Below, piece by piece: positions 57,819 through 64,000 of a stretch of DNA of 64,000 nt; the stretch's first letter is position 1, and each line of letters begins with the position of its first letter. The DNA is from a virus. Below the pieces are notes generated by a model. The model did no database searches, was not told the DNA's origin, and saw only the letters and a program-made list of their open reading frames with translations. A program made the translations under genes and the position numbers. The stretch covers positions 1 through 64,000 of IMG/VR virus record IMGVR_UViG_3300002520_000024; one strand, written 5' to 3'.

Positions 57819-59660
57819 ATGAGTGACCAGAAAAACAACGTCGTATCCACCGTGGTTACGCAGCAGCGATCCAACGTGCTGGTGCAGAAAGCGGAGATCG
57901 TGGGTGACAGTACCCAGCATGCCGAGATCACCAACGAGCAACTTAGCCAGGGGCTCACCGGCGGCCAACTGCTGCACCCCCAGTACAGCTACGCCACCCT
58001 GAGATCGATAATCTCGGAGAGCAGCACCCTGCCTGTCTGCTTCGAGGCAGTGGAAACCAACGTCGCCTCCACCGGTTTCATGGTGCTGGAGTCTGACAAG
58101 GAGACCGAGGACGAGGGCACATCCGTAGACAAAATGAGCCCTGAGCAGAAGAAGGCCTATGGGTTCTTCGGGGAGCTGTGGCCCGGGGTTGACCTTGTTG
58201 ACTTGCTCCGCGCCACGGTGAACGAGGTGGAGAGCGTTGGCCTCTATTACTGGGAAGTGTTCCGCAACGCCAATAAAGAGATCGCTTTTTGTCGTGGTGT
58301 TTCGGCCGACAATCTTCGCCCTCTCCGCTTCGGCCCAGCAGACAAGGTAGTGAAAGAGGTTACCCTGAACCGCCTTGACACGGATTTCAAAATTGACAAC
58401 TTCGAGACCTTTGAGCGCCGCTACGTCAAGACCACTCGCCTGGCCGTCGGCACCAAGGACACCACCAGTGACCGCGTTTACTATCGGGAGTTTGGTAGCA
58501 GCCGGGATCTTGATCGTCTGACAGGTGAATGGGCCACCGCCGCCAAACCTGTGGCTGTGGAAAACCTGGCCACCGAGCTTATCGAGTTCAAGCGTAACAA
58601 GGCTGGTTCCCCCGTCTGGATAACCGACCTTCAGTTTGTCCTCGGGGAGCGCGAGGCTGGTTCCATGAACCTGGAGTTCTTCGGCAATGGTGGCGTACCG
58701 CCGGCGATCATCGCGCTGATTGGCGGCCAGCTCACCAATGACTCGCGTGACAGGTTCAATGCTGTGCTCACTGGTAAGGCCAAGGACAAACTCGCCGTTG
58801 CCCTGGTTGAGGTGTTCAGCACTGGTGGTTCCCTGGATGGTAAGGACGTGCCGGCAAAACTGGAGGTGCATAAATTCGGGGCAGAGTCGGCCAACGACGT
58901 CATGTTCGAGAAATACCTGAAGCTGTGCTCAGAGCGCATTCGCCGCCGCTGGCGTCTGCCGGCAATCCTCACGGGCGATGCCAGCGACATGAGCTATGCG
59001 ACCGCGTTTGTCAGCTACATGGTGGCTGAGGAGCAGGTGTTCGCCCCAATGCGCAAGACCTACTACTCCATCATCAACAGCACCTTGATGAAGGACAAGA
59101 GCCTTGGTGGCGGTGCCCTCAAGCTCTCCCCTAAAGCACTCACGATCAAGGACTCGAAGCAGTTGCAAACAGCCCTTGACAATGCCCTGGCCAAGGGCGC
59201 CATCGACAAGACCGAGTACCGTCGCCAGCTTAACCTGCTGCTTAACCTTAATCTGGTTGAGCCGAAAGAGGTCGATGCTGTGCCAGGCGAGGCAGGTGAA
59301 GTCGACGAGGATGGTAACCCTGTGAATACCGATGACCCGGCTGGTGCAGATAACAGCCGCACTGACGTCGGCACACTGAATCAGCAGGGTACCAACACCG
59401 AAGCGCCGCGCAATTCGCAGAAGGCAGACTCCACCACGGTCGACTTTGTGCTCACCTTGGCCGAGGACGTGGCGAAGTGCTTGCTGTCTGGGGCGCCAGT
59501 AACAGAAGAGGTTGTCCAGAAGATGGAGGAACTTTCCTCTATTGACGGGGCCACCGCAGTGTTCAAACGCTGCTTGGTTTCTGCAGTGCTGACCCGGGAC
59601 ACTGGCACTGGTGCTGCTGACCTGGTGGCGGAGGTGTCTAATGGCTGCTGTGGCAACTGA
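57819..59660 (+). CDS. portal protein
   Basis: 613 aa. Lies immediately upstream of the Mu-F-like, protease, scaffold and capsid genes. Acidic C-terminus. Confidence 0.65.
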   Translation: MSDQKNNVVSTVVTQQRSNVLVQKAEIVGDSTQHAEITNEQLSQGLTGGQLLHPQYSYATLRSIISESSTLPVCFEAVETNVASTGFMVLESDKETEDEGTSVDKMSPEQKKAYGFFGELWPGVDLVDLLRATVNEVESVGLYYWEVFRNANKEIAFCRGVSADNLRPLRFGPADKVVKEVTLNRLDTDFKIDNFETFERRYVKTTRLAVGTKDTTSDRVYYREFGSSRDLDRLTGEWATAAKPVAVENLATELIEFKRNKAGSPVWITDLQFVLGEREAGSMNLEFFGNGGVPPAIIALIGGQLTNDSRDRFNAVLTGKAKDKLAVALVEVFSTGGSLDGKDVPAKLEVHKFGAESANDVMFEKYLKLCSERIRRRWRLPAILTGDASDMSYATAFVSYMVAEEQVFAPMRKTYYSIINSTLMKDKSLGGGALKLSPKALTIKDSKQLQTALDNALAKGAIDKTEYRRQLNLLLNLNLVEPKEVDAVPGEAGEVDEDGNPVNTDDPAGADNSRTDVGTLNQQGTNTEAPRNSQKADSTTVDFVLTLAEDVAKCLLSGAPVTEEVVQKMEELSSIDGATAVFKRCLVSAVLTRDTGTGAADLVAEVSNGCCGN

Positions 59661-60756
59661 GGCCTACCTGGATCTTGAAGGATCCACCATTGATAAATCA
59701 GTGGCTGCGATCGACAAGGTAGCATCAAGCTGGGCGACAGATTTCGGGGCTGCCATGGAAGGCGGCGATCTGAACCTCGCTGCCACGATGGTAGAGAATC
59801 TGGATCTCAGCGGTGCTGCGGTGACCCTGAAGAAGCCAGTCCTCCTCCTCAGCAATGGCCTGGCTACCTACGGTGCCACACAGGTTGTTGGCGGGGACAC
59901 CAAGGACGTGACCATCGAGCCACTGGCTGACCCGATCATTATCCTGGCCCAGCAGTTTGTCGCGTCCTCCCTGGTGACAGCGCAGAACGTGGCCCAGGCC
60001 TCAGCCTCCCAGATGATTGCCAACGCTGCGAGTGGGTTGGTGCAGAAGGCCGAGGGGGATCCACTCAAGCCGCTCAAGGCCGCCATGAACTCCATGGCCA
60101 TCAACATGAGCCAGCTCTCCAGCCGGTTGGCCAGCTACGGGTTCCTGTTGCAGGCGACTACGGTTGGTGAGGTGATCTATGAGCTGTCAGCAGTCCTGGA
60201 TGACCGCACCTCTGATTTTTGCCGAGCCATCCATGGGAAGATCATACCGGTAGAGGTTGGCCTGGAGCGGGCAATCACCGTGCTGGGTGCCACCACCCCG
60301 GAAGAGGCCGCTGCTTTGGCGCCATGGCCGAAGATTGACAGCAGCCTTATCACTCAGATCCAGGACGCTGGGTATAAAGAGCTTGTGGCCATGGGGTTGT
60401 ACCTGCCTCCGTTCCACCCATACTGCCGAACCATCCTGCAGTTCGTCACCAGCTCTGTGAAGAATCAGGTGATAACCGAGGTCACCAGCACTGGCCTCAC
60501 CGGCGGCACAACAGCAAGCACCGTCGCCACCAGCAGCAACGGCCTGACCAACCTGCTCGGGCTTGGCCTCGGGGTAGCCGCTATCGCTGCGCTGGTTGGT
60601 GAGGACAACACCTCAGCCCTGCTGCCAGGGGTTAGCGTTGACGTTGTGCAGGACGCCATAGAGGACATAAAAAACGGGGCAACCATCCTGGAGATAATGC
60701 AGAGGTACAACCTGACCATGCTGGAAGTCCTACGGCTACGGGAGCTAGTGGGTTGA
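59641..60756 (+). CDS. head morphogenesis protein (Mu gpF / SPP1 gp7-like)
   Basis: LDDRTSDFCRAIHGKIIPV matches the conserved D-x-R-T...C...G-K motif of Mu-F-like proteins. Confidence 0.6.
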   Translation: MAAVATEAYLDLEGSTIDKSVAAIDKVASSWATDFGAAMEGGDLNLAATMVENLDLSGAAVTLKKPVLLLSNGLATYGATQVVGGDTKDVTIEPLADPIIILAQQFVASSLVTAQNVAQASASQMIANAASGLVQKAEGDPLKPLKAAMNSMAINMSQLSSRLASYGFLLQATTVGEVIYELSAVLDDRTSDFCRAIHGKIIPVEVGLERAITVLGATTPEEAAALAPWPKIDSSLITQIQDAGYKELVAMGLYLPPFHPYCRTILQFVTSSVKNQVITEVTSTGLTGGTTASTVATSSNGLTNLLGLGLGVAAIAALVGEDNTSALLPGVSVDVVQDAIEDIKNGATILEIMQRYNLTMLEVLRLRELVG

Positions 60757-60783
60757 ATAAAGTGGGCCTAGCCCACTTTTTTA
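60757..60783 (+). terminator. rho-independent terminator
   Basis: AGTGGGC-cta-GCCCACT followed by T6. Confidence 0.75.
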
Positions 60784-60847
60784 TTGCCTTCTGCAGAAAA
60801 AATCTGTGACAATAGCCACACAATTTTAGACGTAGCGGTTTCTCCTC

Positions 60848-61438
60848 ATGAAAGTTTTTGCGTCAGTGAAAAAATCAGACGAGTACGAGCAGATTGTTAT
60901 GGGGGAAGTCTATATCCCCATGGCGCTCGACTCCGATGGTGCCTTCATGACCGCAGAGGAGATTAAGAAGCTGGCCTATCTGTTCCTTGGCAAGCGCCTT
61001 CAACTGAACGTCGATACCAACCACGATAACGAAATGAACGGCGCCATCGTCGTCGAGTCATTCATAGCACGAGAAGGTGACCCCATCTTCATACCCGGGG
61101 CATGGGTGGTTGCTGTGTGGTTGCCTATCGAGGTTTTTGAGAAGGTCCTATCCAATGAGCTGAACGGCTTCTCCATCGAAATGGCTGTCCTGATGGAGAA
61201 GAAGCAGATCGCTTACAACATGCCCTCGGTTCTGTACGGTGAGACCTCGGATAACTCTGGGCATAAGCACCCCTTCAAAATCTACATCTCCGAGGCGAGC
61301 GACGGTGATCAGCACTACCACCTGATCTCGCATGGTACTGTCACCAACCCGGCGGGTGCAGATCAACACGTGCACACCTTCGAGTTTGTGCAGCTGTATC
61401 TCGACGGCGAACCTATGGTGATTGAAGATGGCCAGTGA
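60848..61438 (+). CDS. prohead protease (XkdF-like)
   Basis: VMGEVYIPMALDSDGAFMTAEEI...VDTNHD...VVESFI...GAWVVAVW...NGFSIE follows the XkdF-type pattern. Lies upstream of the scaffold gene. Confidence 0.55.
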   Translation: MKVFASVKKSDEYEQIVMGEVYIPMALDSDGAFMTAEEIKKLAYLFLGKRLQLNVDTNHDNEMNGAIVVESFIAREGDPIFIPGAWVVAVWLPIEVFEKVLSNELNGFSIEMAVLMEKKQIAYNMPSVLYGETSDNSGHKHPFKIYISEASDGDQHYHLISHGTVTNPAGADQHVHTFEFVQLYLDGEPMVIEDGQ

Positions 61439-62609
61439 ATCAGATAAAACTGTGATTACTGTCACAGCTGACGAGATGACGAACGCCGATCCGAAGTGGC
61501 TGTCAATTGTGACGAAAGCCTCTAACCGCCGGCCGTTTCAAGTTATTAAAAGTGAGGGTGATCTTATGTCTCTTAAACTGGAAAGCACGCAGGCCAAGCT
61601 GGACGTTAGCGCCCTGGTAACAGCCATGCACAACATTAAAAAGAGCGAGGCAGATAAAGCCGCTGTTGCTCCAGTAGCTGCATTGCAGGCTGTGTCTGTC
61701 CCTGCTGGCCAGGGTGAAGCCCTCAAAGCGGTGCTGGATGGCATGACTGACTCTGGTCTCCCGGCCGTGCAGGTGGTCAAGCAGGAAGGTGAGGTTGACG
61801 TTCTGTTGTTCACTGAACAGCTGGATGGTGACGCCACCGTACTGCTCTCCGGCGAAGCTGGCCTGGCAGTAACCAACGTCAAGAAATGGGTTCAGACCTG
61901 GCCGCAAGGCGAGAGCTTCCTGGAGAACCTTTCTGCCGGCACGCTGTACTCCAACATCTGGGGCGCACTGACCACTGCAGACTCCACTATCTACAACATC
62001 CTGGAGAACACCAGCGAAGGTGAGCAGGCCGAGGCTGTTGCCAAGGTTCGTCAGCTTTTCGTTGAGCTGGCTGCCCACGTGGAAGGCCTGATTACCGCGC
62101 TGCCGGTAACCGTGTTCAAGATGGAAAAGACCGTCACTGCATTCCTCACTGAAGCCGCCGCGAAAGCCGCTGCTGAAGCTGTGGAAGGTGAGTTGGTTAC
62201 CAAATCCGATGAAAGCGGCACCACCCCTGCAACCGATACCACCGCAGTAGTTGATACCGCCGCGGTTGTTGATCCGGCTGTTGCGCCTGCTGAAGCTACT
62301 GCACCCGCAGGTTTCGACATGCAAGCCATGATCGACGCGGTTAGCGCCGGTGTGATGAAGGTGGTGGACGAGCGTTTCAACGTGATGAAGCAAGAGCACC
62401 AGCAAGCAATCACCACCGTTACCGAAGAAGTGGTAAAAGATGCCACCGTTGTTGTATCCAAAGCCGAGGAAGCGTTCCGCAAGCTGGGTACCACCGTGGT
62501 TGGCAGCACTGCTGATAATCCGGACGCCGTAGTGGCCCCTGTCACCGCGGAAACCACCGTAACCAAATCTGATGACACTATCGAGCCCCTGGGCTTCGAG
62601 CGTGCCTGA
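61428..62609 (+). CDS. scaffolding protein
   Basis: Ala/Glu/Val-rich helical protein directly upstream of the major capsid gene. Confidence 0.6.
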   Translation: MASESDKTVITVTADEMTNADPKWLSIVTKASNRRPFQVIKSEGDLMSLKLESTQAKLDVSALVTAMHNIKKSEADKAAVAPVAALQAVSVPAGQGEALKAVLDGMTDSGLPAVQVVKQEGEVDVLLFTEQLDGDATVLLSGEAGLAVTNVKKWVQTWPQGESFLENLSAGTLYSNIWGALTTADSTIYNILENTSEGEQAEAVAKVRQLFVELAAHVEGLITALPVTVFKMEKTVTAFLTEAAAKAAAEAVEGELVTKSDESGTTPATDTTAVVDTAAVVDPAVAPAEATAPAGFDMQAMIDAVSAGVMKVVDERFNVMKQEHQQAITTVTEEVVKDATVVVSKAEEAFRKLGTTVVGSTADNPDAVVAPVTAETTVTKSDDTIEPLGFERA

Positions 62610-62651
62610 TGGTCGGCCTACAGCCAAACACATAGTAGAGGGTAAATAACC

Positions 62652-63632
62652 ATGTCCAATATCACTAAAGAGTTGCTGGTGCAGAAGGCCGACCAGACGG
62701 TAGCCTCTTTCCAGGCAAATGGTGGCCTGCTCAACGCTGAGCAAGGTGACCGCTTCCTCAAGACCCTGCTGAAAGGCGTGACCATGCTGAACCGCGTTCG
62801 CGTTGTTCAGATGACCAAGCCCGAAGTAGAGATCGCCAAGATCGGTTTCGGCAAGCGCATCATGCGTGCTGCTGTGGAAAGCGAAGGCCTGAGCCTGGCT
62901 GAGCGTTCCACTCTGACCACTTCCAAGCTGGTGCTGACCAGTAAAGAAGCGATCGCCGAAATCCGCGTCCCGTACCAGCTGATGGAAGATGCTATCGAGC
63001 AAGCTGCCATTCAGTTTGGTGCTGACGCGCCGGCCGGTGTTTTCATCAACACCATTCTGGATCTGGTGGCCGAGCGTGCCCAGGTGGACATCGAAGATGC
63101 CATGCTGAACGGCGACACCGCTCGTACCAAACTGGCAGAAGAAACCAACGGCGAGCACGCCTTCATGGCTCAGCACGACGGTTGGCTGAAGCTCGCCATG
63201 TCCGGTAACGTGGTCGACTTCAGCAACGCCAAGATCTCCCGTACCCTGCTGAAGAAAGCCATGCAGGTTCTCCCGGGTCAGTATCTGCGCGACCGCTCCA
63301 ACATGATGTTCCTGGTCTCCAACAACCAGGAAATCGAGTACCAGGACACTCTGGCTGGTCGTGAGACCGCGCTGGGTGACTCCAAGCACAACGAGAACAA
63401 CCCGGCTCGCGCCGCTGGTGCTCTGGTTGTGCCGGTACCGATGATGCCGGACAACAAGGGTATCTTCGCTAACCCGAAGAACTTCATTTTCGGTATCCGC
63501 CGCGACGTGAGCATGGAGTTCGAGAAATTGATCTCCGAGCGCCAGTACAAGATCGTGCTGACCGTCCGCATGTGCCCGCGTGTTGAATGGGCCGACGCCG
63601 TAGTCGGTCTGGATAACATCGGCGCAGTCTGA
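62652..63632 (+). CDS. major capsid protein (HK97-fold type)
   Basis: 326 aa. Position after the scaffold gene. Strongly biased codon usage. VDIEDAMLNGD-type motif. Followed by a terminator. Confidence 0.75.
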   Translation: MSNITKELLVQKADQTVASFQANGGLLNAEQGDRFLKTLLKGVTMLNRVRVVQMTKPEVEIAKIGFGKRIMRAAVESEGLSLAERSTLTTSKLVLTSKEAIAEIRVPYQLMEDAIEQAAIQFGADAPAGVFINTILDLVAERAQVDIEDAMLNGDTARTKLAEETNGEHAFMAQHDGWLKLAMSGNVVDFSNAKISRTLLKKAMQVLPGQYLRDRSNMMFLVSNNQEIEYQDTLAGRETALGDSKHNENNPARAAGALVVPVPMMPDNKGIFANPKNFIFGIRRDVSMEFEKLISERQYKIVLTVRMCPRVEWADAVVGLDNIGAV

Positions 63633-63648
63633 TACATATAGAGCAAGG

Positions 63649-63672
63649 CAGGGGGTTTCGGCCCCCTGTTTC
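63649..63672 (+). terminator. rho-independent terminator
   Basis: CAGGGGG-tttcgg-CCCCCTG followed by TTTCTCT. Confidence 0.65.
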
Positions 63673-63706
63673 TCTATGACCCCTGTTAAAACTGAAGGAG
63701 CTAATC

Positions 63707-64000
63707 ATGGCTACTCAAAAGAAAGACGCTTCCCGCATCACCCTGTACCTCGTTGGCGCAACCACCTACAACATCGTGAACGGTGCTGAGGATGGCGGCA
63801 TGCTGCGCGTCAAGCGCGGTCAAGGCGCATCTTTCGATGCCAGCAAAGCTGCTGAGCTGCTGAAGAAGAAAGGCTCTGTAACCACCAACGGCCATATCAC
63901 CCCGGCACCCATGTTCACCAAGGAAGCTGCCGTGGCCTCTGAATACCTCGGCTACGACGTGACCAAGAAGGTCAAGGTGGGCGACGAGGTGGAGGAGTTC
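63707..64000 (+). CDS. hypothetical head-associated protein (partial, runs off the window)
   Basis: ATG 63707 preceded by GGAG. Open to the end of the window. Highly expressed-like codon usage. Confidence 0.6.
   Translation, partial: MATQKKDASRITLYLVGATTYNIVNGAEDGGMLRVKRGQGASFDASKAAELLKKKGSVTTNGHITPAPMFTKEAAVASEYLGYDVTKKVKVGDEVEEF

Noticed and set aside
60805-60820. Dyad-like TGTGACAATAGCCACA upstream of the prohead protease gene
   Set aside because: The position 29 nt downstream of its centre falls on the start-codon region (CTCCTC), leaving no room for a -10 or a leader. This is probably a chance match.

Overview
This window is a continuous piece of a tailed-phage genome or prophage. The host is almost certainly Gram-negative, because the lysis cassette has an SLT-type endolysin and an Rz/Rz1-type spanin pair with a lipobox. 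No rRNA, tRNA, CRISPR array, integrase or transposase was seen.

Layout:
- 59-7520 (+): DNA-processing genes, including a Cas4-like nuclease, a RuvC-like resolvase, an RNase H-like protein and an N6-adenine methyltransferase.
- 7.6-8.07 kb: a GC-rich non-coding block.
- 8072-16310 (-): about 20 small ORFs of unknown function, arranged as cassettes with near-identical promoter, leader and RBS.
- 16.4-17.5 kb: a non-coding repeat region.
- 17512-19483 (+): small genes, followed by another repeat region.
- 19928-29704 (-): a second leftward cluster with a DnaQ-like exonuclease, a GNAT and membrane proteins.
- 29860-45749 (+): a long rightward cluster with a Fis-type HTH protein, a BRCT protein, a LamG fibre-like module, a metallophosphoesterase, and the holin/SLT/Rz/Rz1 lysis cassette.
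- 45766-46353 (-): a lone reverse-oriented gene.
- From about 49.6 kb (+): terminase large subunit, HAD phosphatase, thymidylate-kinase-like protein, dUTPase, a CsrA-like protein, a family-A DNA polymerase split by a frame change, portal, Mu-F-like protein, XkdF-like protease, scaffold and major capsid protein.

Most unusual signals:
1. About 20 promoters lack a -35 element. Each carries a CRP-type dyad (TGTGA-N6-TCACA) at a fixed class-II distance from a TAnnnT -10 hexamer. Two of them fire in both directions.
2. A tandem array of about 11 copies of the sigma54 -24/-12 consensus lies in a non-coding region, with further copies scattered nearby. One of these precedes a GC-rich candidate ncRNA.
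3. A phage protein contains a CsrA-like domain.

All functional calls come from motifs read by eye. No database search was run.
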